Part shown: positions 1-8,148 of the stretch, one piece after another
Numbering within the stretch: the stretch's first letter is position 1
Layout of the letters: every line of letters begins with the position of its first letter
Position numbers and translations under genes: made by a program
The notes under the pieces: model-generated
Databases searched by the model: none
What the model was told of the DNA's origin: nothing
The model's input: only the letters and a program-made list of their open reading frames with translations
Source: an uncultured archaeon
GTDB taxonomy: Archaea > Altiarchaeota > Altiarchaeia > JAFGQM01
DNA: 27,862 bases
Reading direction: 5' to 3'
NCBI GenBank assembly: GCA_964592405.1
Contig: CAZQBY010000004.1
Location: 73,660 to 101,521 of the forward strand

Positions 1-284
1 GGATACTTCTTCATCTGCTCCCTTATCATGTAGGCTATCATGGATTTCCAGAGGCTCTTCATCTCCTCCGGGTCCAGGCCCAGCTCCTCAGCCCGCTTCT
101 GGACCTTGTCCAGAATGTCTTTTAGCCTCTGCTCGTCGTCGGCCGAGCCTATCTTCTGCTTTATCTTGGCGATTTCCAGGGCGATATCCCTCCTGCGCGC
201 GATTAGCTGCAGAAGCGCCATGTCTATCTCGTCTATCTCGGCCCTCCTCTTCATGACTCCCGACTCGTCAGACCCTTTTGCCAA
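1..284 (-). CDS. Chorismate mutase (AroQ/type II), runs off the left edge of the window
   Basis: Manual minus-strand translation (not in ORF track): MAKGSDESGVMKRRAEIDEIDMALLQLIARRRDIALEIAKIKQKIG...RLKDILDKVQKRAEELGLDPEEMKSLWKSMI...; R-x-EID-x-ID-xx-LL-x-LI-xxR ... K pattern of CM_2. TTG start at 284 follows GAGGAG; alternative ATG at 254. Confidence 0.85.
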   Translation of the reverse strand, partial: MAKGSDESGVMKRRAEIDEIDMALLQLIARRRDIALEIAKIKQKIGSADDEQRLKDILDKVQKRAEELGLDPEEMKSLWKSMIAYMIREQMKKY

Positions 285-426
285 TCTTCTCCTCGATTTT
301 CTCAACTCCGGCCCTCTGGCAGTCCGCGCAGACAGCATAGAGCCTGCCGCCCCTCTTGACGTAAGTACCCTTTATCTTGCCCATGATGCCGGTCTTTATC
401 TCCGAGCCGCATATCTCGCACTTCAC
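268..426 (-). CDS. Small (52 aa) putative zinc-finger protein
   Basis: GTG at 426 to TGA at 268-270: MKCEICGSEIKTGIMGKIKGTYVKRGGRLYAVCADCQRAGVEKIEEKIGKRV. Two CxxC pairs, TATA-like TTTTAAT about 25 nt upstream, overlaps the start of chorismate mutase. Confidence 0.8.
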   Translation of the reverse strand: MKCEICGSEIKTGIMGKIKGTYVKRGGRLYAVCADCQRAGVEKIEEKIGKRV

Positions 427-430
427 GCTT

Positions 431-455
431 ATTTTAAGTCTTGAGTCATTAAAAT
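431..455. promoter_or_regulatory. Inverted pair of TATA-like boxes (ATTTTAA-N11-TTAAAAT) serving divergent genes
   Basis: Only 32 bp separate the divergent GTG starts at 426 (-) and 459 (+); each TTTTAA lies about 25 nt upstream of the start on its own strand. Confidence 0.6.
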
Positions 456-458
456 CAC

Positions 459-989
459 GTGATTCTCATCTGCTACGACCGCAATCGCTACCACAAGCTG
501 CTCTCCGAGGTCGTAAGGCCATCGGACACGGTCATAGAAGTGGGTCCCCACCTGGGCGAGAGCACAAAGGTGATAGCCAGGCGCGCGAAGAGTGTGGTGG
601 CCGTGGACAAGGCCTCACAGGCGGAGAAGGCGTTCAGGGAAAAGCCGGGCAACGTGGAGTTCGTTAGGGGCGACGTCCGCTTTTTCGAGACTATCGACAA
701 GACCCTGAAACTTATAAAATCCTGCGACGTGCTGGCCATGGACATGGGTGGTGGCCGCTTCCCTGACACGGTCTTCAAGGTCTGGGCCGTGTGGTCGGGG
801 GTCTTCAAGCCTCGCGACAGCGTCATACGCAACCGCGGCCTGGGGGAGTTCATCAGGCGCGCGCAGATTAAGGACCCGGTCCTGGAAAAGAATTTCCTGG
901 ACAGTGGCTGGCTCTCTCAATCAGGCAGGAAAAGGCCCCGGCAGCTGAAGGAGGGTCTGAAGGAACTTGGGCTGTGGATGAGGCAATAA
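459..989 (+). CDS. Class I SAM-dependent methyltransferase-like protein (archaeal family)
   Basis: Motif I VIEVGPHLGEST, VVAVDK, VEFVRGDV, then DMGGGRFPDTVFKV and KPRDSVIRNRGL resembling a methanogen-type uncharacterised MTase family. Confidence 0.75.
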   Translation: MILICYDRNRYHKLLSEVVRPSDTVIEVGPHLGESTKVIARRAKSVVAVDKASQAEKAFREKPGNVEFVRGDVRFFETIDKTLKLIKSCDVLAMDMGGGRFPDTVFKVWAVWSGVFKPRDSVIRNRGLGEFIRRAQIKDPVLEKNFLDSGWLSQSGRKRPRQLKEGLKELGLWMRQ

Positions 990-1008
990 CCTGCTTTCTT
1001 GGCCCGAT

Positions 1009-2268
1009 TCAAATAAGTTCACATCTCCCTCCAATGAACTCCGACAGCTTTTTAGCAAGCGCCCTGTTAAGCTCTTCGAGTTCCAGCTTCTTTTCCCAAA
1101 TATCACTCCTTATCTGTTCTACCTTCTTTGACTCTGAGTCTATCTTTTCATCAAGGTCTTCGATCTCACGACGAATCTTTTCGATTTCCCTTGCAACATC
1201 CATCATCTCAGCCTGCATCTCAAGGCTCCGTATTCTGGAGACTGCTGTGTTGTATTTGGAGCGGGCCTTCTCCAGATACGAAAAGCTTATAGCGCGTATT
1301 TTCTTTAAGGATTTCTCGCTTTCACTGGAATCTAAATCCAAGAGACCGGTCTGTATTGCCTTCTGCATCTTGGCTAGCAACTCGGGCAACATGTGTTCAC
1401 CACGCAGATAGGTCTTGACAGGATCCTCCGCATACCTGTCTATATTTGTTCCACTGGCCCTGCCCTCCTTGACTGCGCGTGCATACTTCCTGAAGACCCT
1501 CCTGAGGGGTCCCAAGACATTGAGCACGAGGGTTTCAACCTCCCGCTTTTTGGCCTTCATCTCCTCCAGCTCGAGATTTATGGATGCCAGACTCTCAGCC
1601 CGGTTACTGTGTTTCACCTCTAGCATCCTCTTTTCAGCCTTCTTTTTCCTAGACCTGGCATCCATGAGGGCATTGGATACCTCCCTCTCCCGTTCTTCAA
1701 GCTTTTTGAGTTCCTTCAGCTTGTCCTTTACCCTGCTGAACTCCTTTTCGGCCTCACTGAGTATACTGATTTTCTCTTTTCCATCCCTACCCAGATTATT
1801 GACCTCGTCTGATATGTCAACTAGGGCATTCAGTCCTTTCTTGACTCTGGATAGTTCCTTTTTAAATCCAAAACTCACGCGCTGGCCGTATTTGGCGTCA
1901 ACCTCCTTTATCTTCTCCAGAGCCTTGTTTATCTCATCAATGAGCTTCAGGGGCTCAGCCTCAAAATCTATCTCCTGCAACAACCTCCTTACTTTGGAAA
2001 CATAGTTGTCGCGCGAGCTGGATACTAGAGACCTGATCCTCTGCTGGACCTCCTTATGCATCTCGGCGCTTTCCAACCTATCCAACTCCCCCATTAACTC
2101 TTCCAATACCTGAGGCATCCTGCTCAGGGCAGGTCTAGTCAACTCACCCAGTCTTCCATCTATCTCATTCCTGTGCATGGTCAGCCAGTCGGATAGCTGG
2201 GAAAACTCAACTTTCTCGACCTTGACATTAGTCTTTCGCCCACCCCTGAATCTATCCAGAAGTCCCAT
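1009..2268 (-). CDS. Hypothetical coiled-coil protein (419 aa)
   Basis: Long ORF, E/K/R/L-rich heptad-like helices, no Walker motif seen. TTTAAA box at 2291-2296 about 25 nt upstream of ATG. Confidence 0.8.
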   Translation of the reverse strand: MGLLDRFRGGRKTNVKVEKVEFSQLSDWLTMHRNEIDGRLGELTRPALSRMPQVLEELMGELDRLESAEMHKEVQQRIRSLVSSSRDNYVSKVRRLLQEIDFEAEPLKLIDEINKALEKIKEVDAKYGQRVSFGFKKELSRVKKGLNALVDISDEVNNLGRDGKEKISILSEAEKEFSRVKDKLKELKKLEEREREVSNALMDARSRKKKAEKRMLEVKHSNRAESLASINLELEEMKAKKREVETLVLNVLGPLRRVFRKYARAVKEGRASGTNIDRYAEDPVKTYLRGEHMLPELLAKMQKAIQTGLLDLDSSESEKSLKKIRAISFSYLEKARSKYNTAVSRIRSLEMQAEMMDVAREIEKIRREIEDLDEKIDSESKKVEQIRSDIWEKKLELEELNRALAKKLSEFIGGRCELI

Positions 2269-2396
2269 GGCTTAGTTAGAAGGACAAGGCTTTAAAGCCC
2301 CCCTTCAAAATTTTCCCCCACCTTCCGGATTTTTGTCTTTGTCTGTGCTGTGAGGATATCATCTGGCAAATCTTCATGTTTTTGATTCATCGGTTT

Positions 2397-2420
2397 TTAG
2401 GTTCACCTAAGTTTTATATA
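2397..2420 (+). promoter_or_regulatory. DtxR/MntR/SirR-type operator TTAGGT-TC-ACCTAA (2397-2410) next to TATA box TTTATATA (2413-2420)
   Basis: Perfect 6-bp inverted arms resembling DtxR/MntR/SirR boxes, directly upstream of a DtxR-family gene. The TATA spacing to GTG 2440 fits a leaderless transcript. Confidence 0.8.
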
Positions 2421-2439
2421 ACAACCTTCTAAATAGCTG

Positions 2440-3081
2440 GTGATATCCAAGAACCGGGAAGATTACCTGAAGGCAATATTTGTGCTCAGTGCTGAGAAGA
2501 ACCGCACGGTCAAGACCAAAGAGCTTGCCCATATTCTAGGGGTCTCCAGTGCAAGTGTTACAGAGATGATAAGAAAATTGGTGGAAGACGGCTTAGTGGA
2601 GAATGAACCATATCACGGCTTTTCCCTTACAAAGAGTGGTATAACCAGAGCGCTTTACATTTTGAGGAAACACCGCCTGCTTGAGAAGTTTTTGGTCGAG
2701 ACCCTTGGCCTGCCGAAAGCACAGGTCCATGCGCAGGCGCATCGCTTGGAGCATGTGGTCTCTGATGAGCTACTCGATAGGATTGACTGCCTTCTCAAGA
2801 GTCCCTGCTACTGTCCACATGAGAGCAGAATACCATCAAAGGATACCAAGGTCGCCAGTCTTGCTGATCTACAGCCGGATTCAGAGGCGAGGCTGGTTTT
2901 TTCCAAGCTCAGGGCAGGCAAGATCCTAGACCGCCTGAATTCCATGGGGCTTGTGCCAGATGCTAGGATAAGGGTATTGCGGAAGCTAAGAAAGGGCCCC
3001 ATGCTCATTATGGTTAAGGGCAGTGAGATAGCTCTTGACAAGAGCATCGCTTCGCAGTTCTATGTGGAGGTTTATTCATGA
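2440..3081 (+). CDS. DtxR/MntR-family metal-dependent transcriptional regulator with C-terminal FeoA (SH3-like) domain
   Basis: EDYLKAI, LGVSSASVTEMIRKL (HTH), RKHRLLEKFL, AHRLEH, CPH, and C-terminal RLNSMGLVPDARIRV...GPMLIMVKGSEIAL (FeoA-like). Confidence 0.93.
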   Translation: MISKNREDYLKAIFVLSAEKNRTVKTKELAHILGVSSASVTEMIRKLVEDGLVENEPYHGFSLTKSGITRALYILRKHRLLEKFLVETLGLPKAQVHAQAHRLEHVVSDELLDRIDCLLKSPCYCPHESRIPSKDTKVASLADLQPDSEARLVFSKLRAGKILDRLNSMGLVPDARIRVLRKLRKGPMLIMVKGSEIALDKSIASQFYVEVYS

Positions 3082-5051
3082 GATGGCACATGCGCGGGGG
3101 TAAACATAGAAAACATCAGCAGCGGCTCCATATAGCACTGGTCGGCAATCCCAATGTCGGCAAGAGTTGCCTGTTTAATCATCTAACTGGCATGGGAGTT
3201 GATGTCGCCAACTATCCCGGGACAACAGTCGAGCTATACCGCGGCAGAACCCGGTGTGGGGATGTACATATCGATATAGTAGATCTTCCAGGCGCCTACG
3301 CGACCAGCAACCACTCCATTGAGGCGAGTGTAGTCAGGGACTATCTCTCAAATGACCGGCCTGATGTTGTCATAAATGTAGTGGATGCCAACCTGCTCGA
3401 CAGGAATCTCTACCTCACTCTGCAGTTGCTTGAGATGGGTCTTCCAACAGTAATAGCGCTTAACTTCTATGAAGAATGCAGGGATTGCGGCATAGAGATA
3501 GATACAGCTGGTCTCAGTAGGGAACTTGGCGTGCCGGTGATAGAAATTGACGCCCTCAGAGGTGCTGGTATATCCGAGCTCATGGAAGCGGCTATTGCTG
3601 TTGCGGAGAATCGGCCTACGCCGAGGAGGTTGAGCTATGATGACCACATAGAGGATGCGATAGCCGGAATCTCTAAGATAATACACTTTCGGACATCCAT
3701 GCCAAAGAGGTATTTTTCTATATTACTCCTGCAGGATGACAAGCACGCTTGGCGAATACTTGACTCTAACTGCCCTAGATGTGGCGACGAAGCACGGAGG
3801 ATAATCCGCAAGAAGAGCAAACACTATGACCTGCCGACAGAGGTTGCCCGTGAGCGCCATAGCCAGGCTGCGGTGATAGCCCGGGCAGTCAAAAGGGAGA
3901 AAAAACCTGATTATTCCAACAGTGAGCGACTTGACAGAATAACAACCGAGCCGCTGTCGGGAACAGTGGTAATGTTACTTGTCCTGTTCACATTGTTCTC
4001 ATCTCTCTTCTTTTTTGGAGGTTTTCTTGAAGGGGTGATAGTGAATGCCTTCGAAGGCTTTGTAGCCCCTGTCCTACAGCCGGCCATACAATCTGTCCAG
4101 AACTTGGCTCTCCAAAAGACATTGGAATATTCCCTTATATGGGGCTTGGAGGCAGGGCTATCTATAGCTATCCCTTACATACTCGTATTCTATTTCATAT
4201 TAGCCTTCTTGGAAGATACAGGCTATCTGCCGAGGATGAGTTACCTGCTGGATCGCATCATGCACAAGATAGGCCTGCACGGGAAAGCAATAGTTCCGAT
4301 GATGCTCGGCTTCGGCTGTAGCGTCCCGGCGATAATATCCACCCGCCTGCTCCAGAATCAGCGAGAGCGTTTGATAACCGCAACACTGGTCTCGTTGATA
4401 CCATGCTCCGCACGCACTGCCATAATCTTGGGGGCTGTGGGCTTCTATCTAGGGTGGTCATATGCACTATCAATATATGCCATACTCTTGGGCATAATAC
4501 TGGCAGTTGGTTTCTTCCTAGGCAGGTATCTCCCTGGTGAGCCCGAGGGCCTTATCATGGAGATGCCAAAATACCGGATGCCCTCTCTAATCTCTCTTAT
4601 GAAGAAGACTTGGATACGGATGAAGGGCTTCATCTACATAGCATTTCCCCTGCTTGTAATAGGTTCGGGCATATTGGGTCTCTTGGAAGGCTTGGGGGTC
4701 CTGAGAGCAATAACTGCTCCTTTCAGCCCACTCGTTTCCGGCTGGCTTATGCTTCCCTCTGTGACCGGAGTGGCCCTCATATATGGCGTGCTTAGAAAAG
4801 AAATGGCTCTTGAAACGATACTGGTCCTCGCCGGCACAGCGAACCTCCTAACATTTATGACACCTCTACAGATATACATATTTGCCCTTGTTTCCTCCAT
4901 CTATATACCCTGCATCGCCACGATAGGCGTCTTGGTGAGGGAATTCGGCTGGAGGAGGAGCGTGATGATATCAACTGTTACAGTACTCATAGCATTTCTT
5001 GCCGGCGGGACTGTGGCAAGAGTCTTCCCAATGCTCGGCCTGCTAGTTTAG
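3078..5051 (+). CDS. feoB: Ferrous iron transport protein B
   Basis: G1 GNPNVGKS, G2 NYPGTTVE, G3 DLPG, RNLYLTLQL; membrane part LEDTGYLPR, GFGCSVPA, IPCSAR, IMEMPKYRMP, YIPCIAT. ATGA overlap with the regulator. Confidence 0.96.
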   Translation: MRWHMRGGKHRKHQQRLHIALVGNPNVGKSCLFNHLTGMGVDVANYPGTTVELYRGRTRCGDVHIDIVDLPGAYATSNHSIEASVVRDYLSNDRPDVVINVVDANLLDRNLYLTLQLLEMGLPTVIALNFYEECRDCGIEIDTAGLSRELGVPVIEIDALRGAGISELMEAAIAVAENRPTPRRLSYDDHIEDAIAGISKIIHFRTSMPKRYFSILLLQDDKHAWRILDSNCPRCGDEARRIIRKKSKHYDLPTEVARERHSQAAVIARAVKREKKPDYSNSERLDRITTEPLSGTVVMLLVLFTLFSSLFFFGGFLEGVIVNAFEGFVAPVLQPAIQSVQNLALQKTLEYSLIWGLEAGLSIAIPYILVFYFILAFLEDTGYLPRMSYLLDRIMHKIGLHGKAIVPMMLGFGCSVPAIISTRLLQNQRERLITATLVSLIPCSARTAIILGAVGFYLGWSYALSIYAILLGIILAVGFFLGRYLPGEPEGLIMEMPKYRMPSLISLMKKTWIRMKGFIYIAFPLLVIGSGILGLLEGLGVLRAITAPFSPLVSGWLMLPSVTGVALIYGVLRKEMALETILVLAGTANLLTFMTPLQIYIFALVSSIYIPCIATIGVLVREFGWRRSVMISTVTVLIAFLAGGTVARVFPMLGLLV

Positions 5052-6817
5052 TCTTTCTTTGGCAGATCCAGCTCCAGGTGCAGCTCCTTCAGCTGCTCCC
5101 TGCTGACCTCAGAGGGTGCATTGTCCATGAGGCTTTGAGCGGCCTTGTTCTTGGGAAAAGCAATGACCTCGCGGATGGACTCATTTCCGGTTAGGATGGC
5201 CACAATCCTGTCCAGACCAAAAGCGATGCCTCCGTGGGGCGGAGCACCATAGGTGAATGCATCCAACAGAAAGCCGAATTTCTTCCGGGCTTCTTCCGAT
5301 TCTATACCAAGGGCATTAAAGACCTTTTCCTGAATTTCCCTCCTGTGGATTCTGATGCTTCCTCCACCCAGCTCGACTCCATTGAGAGCCAGATCATAAG
5401 CCTTGGCGTGGACTCTTGAAGGATCAGAGTCCAGATATTTTAGGTCCTCATCCCTTGGCGAGGTGAATGGATGGTGGATAGCTACATGCCTACCCTCATC
5501 TTCATCCCACTCAAGCAGCGGGAAATTGTGAACCCAGATGAAATTGTATTTGTTTTCATCCAGCAGATTCAGACGCTTTGCCAATTCTATCCTGAGCGCT
5601 CCCAGTGCATCATAAACTATCCTATGTTTGTCTGCGACAAATAGGAGAAGATCCCCTTTCTTGGCTCCTGTTCTCTCCACCAACCGCTTTTGAACACCAC
5701 TGGGAAAGAATTTGACTATTGATGATTCCAGACCATTTTCCGTCATCTTCATCCATGCTAGGCCCTTTGTGCCGTAAATGGAGACAAACTGAGTAAGTTC
5801 ATCTATGTCCTTCCTGCTAAAGCCTGCACAGCCCTTGGCGTTTATACACTTCACAATACCGCCTTTCTTAAGAACTTCTTTGAATATCTGAAAATTGGAG
5901 TCTTTGACTATGTCGCCTACCTCAATGAGCTCCAGCCCAAAGCGTGTGTCTGGTTTGTCCGAGCCAAAGCGCTCCATGGCCTCGTGATAACTGATACGCG
6001 GGAAGGGGATCTTTATGTCCTCATTAAGTGCAACCTTCCAGATGTGTTTCATCAGCCGCTCCATAACATCAAAGATATCCTCCTCTTCTACAAATGACAT
6101 CTCAACATCTATCTGTGTGAACTCCGGCTGACGGTCTGCCCTCAGGTCCTCATCGCGGAAGCACTTAACAATTTGTGCATAGCGATCAAAACCAGCTATC
6201 ATCAGAAGCTGTTTGAACAGCTGTGGCGACTGGGGAAGGGCAAAGAACTTGCCGGGATGTACCCTTGATGGCACCAGATAGTCGCGCGCTCCTTCGGGAG
6301 TGGACTTGGCCAGCATCGGTGTTTCAATCTCCAGAAACCCTTCTCTGTCGAAGAAGTCCCTTATAGCTTTGACCACCCTGTGACGCATAATAATGTTTTT
6401 CTGCATCATCGGGCGTCTCAGATCCAGGTAGCGGTATTTCAGCCTGATATCCTCATTCAGGTCTATGCGATCATCTATCTCAAACGGGGGAGTCCTGGAG
6501 ATGTTTAATATTTTCAGTTCAGTGACCTCAACCTCTATATTGCCAGTTTTGAGTTTTGGATTTTCCATACCCTTTGGCCGTGGTACCACCCTCCCATAAA
6601 CCTCTATGACGTACTCCCTCCTCAGGCGTTCTGCCTCTTTGTGTGCTTTCTCTGAGATTTTGGGATCAAAGCGAAGCTGTGTGATGCCATAGCGATCCCG
6701 CAGGTCCACAAATATAACTCCCCCATGATCTCGTCTGGTATTGACCCATCCCTGTAGAATAACTTTACCCCCAATTTCCTTCTTTCCCAACTCACCGCAG
6801 GTGTGTGTCCTTCTCAT
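5048..6817 (-). CDS. aspS: Aspartate--tRNA ligase, bacterial type (589 aa, GAD insert), probably non-discriminating (Asp/Asn)
   Basis: MRRTHTCGEL, RRDHGGVIFVDLRD, RLKYRYLDLRR, STPEGARDYLVPSR, ALPQSPQLFKQLLM, FRDEDLRADRQPEFTQID, GGGSIRIH, GAPPHGGIAFGLDR. Confidence 0.97.
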   Translation of the reverse strand: MRRTHTCGELGKKEIGGKVILQGWVNTRRDHGGVIFVDLRDRYGITQLRFDPKISEKAHKEAERLRREYVIEVYGRVVPRPKGMENPKLKTGNIEVEVTELKILNISRTPPFEIDDRIDLNEDIRLKYRYLDLRRPMMQKNIIMRHRVVKAIRDFFDREGFLEIETPMLAKSTPEGARDYLVPSRVHPGKFFALPQSPQLFKQLLMIAGFDRYAQIVKCFRDEDLRADRQPEFTQIDVEMSFVEEEDIFDVMERLMKHIWKVALNEDIKIPFPRISYHEAMERFGSDKPDTRFGLELIEVGDIVKDSNFQIFKEVLKKGGIVKCINAKGCAGFSRKDIDELTQFVSIYGTKGLAWMKMTENGLESSIVKFFPSGVQKRLVERTGAKKGDLLLFVADKHRIVYDALGALRIELAKRLNLLDENKYNFIWVHNFPLLEWDEDEGRHVAIHHPFTSPRDEDLKYLDSDPSRVHAKAYDLALNGVELGGGSIRIHRREIQEKVFNALGIESEEARKKFGFLLDAFTYGAPPHGGIAFGLDRIVAILTGNESIREVIAFPKNKAAQSLMDNAPSEVSREQLKELHLELDLPKKD

Positions 6818-7271
6818 ATCCGATTTCCACCTCCCCTATCAGGTCCTTTAAGACTCGAGTGGTGCCCACATCTAGAGGTTTGTCAAATATAAGCTTTAAA
6901 ACCTCTTTCCCATCTGGCCTAAAGACCTTGTTCATTGCAACCAATTTGTTTGGTCTGGCCACTGATTTTATTATAAACTCCTTTTTTGAATTTCTGCTCA
7001 GAACCACTACTCTTCTGCCCAGTTTTTTGGCCAGCTCAGCAGCTGTTATTCCTTTGGGACCTATTATTTTTGGTACCTCGTCATCGGAGGCAAGTATAAC
7101 CAGTTTGTTTTCCAGATCTATCAGTGTCTCATAACCGGTCGCCCCATATCTGGCAAGTATGGTGGACACAAGGACATCCAGTTCAGAAACCCTGCCCTCC
7201 CTTACCATCGCCTCGCATTTGGGGCAGAGTATCCCTGAGGATGCGCATTTGTCACAGATGGGGAAGGCCAC
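6792..7271 (-). CDS. Archaeal NusA-like KH-domain protein with N-terminal Zn ribbon
   Basis: N-terminal PICDKCASSGILCPKC and KH GxxG loop IIGPKG...LAKKLGRRVVVL. Confidence 0.8.
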   Translation of the reverse strand: MAFPICDKCASSGILCPKCEAMVREGRVSELDVLVSTILARYGATGYETLIDLENKLVILASDDEVPKIIGPKGITAAELAKKLGRRVVVLSRNSKKEFIIKSVARPNKLVAMNKVFRPDGKEVLKLIFDKPLDVGTTRVLKDLIGEVEIGYEKDTHLR

Positions 7272-7281
7272 ATCTGCCCCC

Positions 7282-7653
7282 CTATTTACTCACCACTATA
7301 TCGATGGTTGAGACATTTATCTTGCCTCCTTCATCTGCTTCCACCTCTTCAGTACCTATCTCAATACTCTTTATCTGAGCCTTTTCCTCAAAGCGGTTCT
7401 TCAACAGTTGTACAACATCCACTGCCTTGCTGATACTTCTGCCTCTTGCCTTCACATGCACTTCCTTTTCACCCTTGTTGAGCTGGGTGATGGTAGCCAT
7501 CACATAATTTATGACTCCCTTCTTGCCCACATAGACGACATTGTCGTCCGCTTTAGATTTTTTCTCGCTTTTCTTGTTACTGTCGGCTTTCTGCTCCATC
7601 TTACTATCCTCTTTTTCCTTCTCTCTGACATCTTGTTTTTCTTCTTCAGCCAT
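7282..7653 (-). CDS. albA: DNA/RNA-binding protein Alba with charged N-terminal extension
   Basis: VYVGKKGVINYV, VHVKARGRSISKAVDVV, IEIGTEEV...NVSTIDIVV. SD-like GGTGGTGA upstream. Confidence 0.93.
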   Translation of the reverse strand: MAEEEKQDVREKEKEDSKMEQKADSNKKSEKKSKADDNVVYVGKKGVINYVMATITQLNKGEKEVHVKARGRSISKAVDVVQLLKNRFEEKAQIKSIEIGTEEVEADEGGKINVSTIDIVVSK

Positions 7654-7803
7654 TTTTCTTCACCACCTGCCTTTGAAATCACTCACATACAAATCCACAA
7701 AAGTCCTCTAGATTGCTCCAACAGCTGTGTTACTGCTGTCACAGCTAGAACTAGCCTTAGTTATTAGGATTGAGGCTATAAAAGTTTTATATTAAAGTTT
7801 TAT

Positions 7804-8148
7804 TCAGATCTCAAATCCCTGCAGATATACAACGTCCAGATGCCCCCTCTTCTCATGCAGGTGGCTTAGCTGCCACCGGTAGTGGCGGTAATCGCGAAGG
7901 GCATGATAAAAAAGCCACATAGAAACCGCTACAAAGCCTATGCCTATAAGCAGGAACCATTCATAATTGGCATCTGAGAAGAAGCGTATTACCAAGAATC
8001 CAAAGGCAGCTATGCCTAGAGCCAGCTGGGCAAGGGCTATGGCTGTGCGCTCCTTTGACAGAAGGGTGCGCTCCTTTGACAGAAGTATCTCTATGGCCTT
8101 GGGATTTCTCCTCATGATCTTCTCCTCAAGATATTCCCTTTCTTTCAT
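7804..8148 (-). CDS. DUF202 (YidH-like) small membrane protein, 114 aa
   Basis: LSKERTLLSKERTAIA followed by two hydrophobic helices. Start reassigned to ATG 8148, which makes an ATGA overlap with the upstream stop. Confidence 0.7.
   Translation of the reverse strand: MKEREYLEEKIMRRNPKAIEILLSKERTLLSKERTAIALAQLALGIAAFGFLVIRFFSDANYEWFLLIGIGFVAVSMWLFYHALRDYRHYRWQLSHLHEKRGHLDVVYLQGFEI
8045..8085. repeat. In-frame tandem duplication, 21-bp period (GTGCGCTCCTTTGACAGAAG x2)
   Basis: 20-nt identical copies at 8045 and 8066, encoding LLSKERT twice. Confidence 0.85.

Noticed and set aside
40-444. 134-aa plus-strand ORF (and 377..667)
   Set aside because: Antisense shadow of chorismate mutase and the zinc-finger gene, or off-frame overlap with the methyltransferase; no motifs.
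974-2005. Ser/Leu/Phe-rich plus-strand ORFs 974..1411 and 1415..2005
   Set aside because: Typical antisense shadows of the Glu/Lys-rich coiled-coil gene.
1009-2268. SMC/Rad50-like ATPase
   Set aside because: Coiled-coil only; no Walker A/B or signature motif seen.
2288-2299. Palindrome GGCTTTAAAGCC as a regulator site
   Set aside because: Adequately explained as the TTTAAA TATA box about 25 nt upstream of the 1009..2268 gene.
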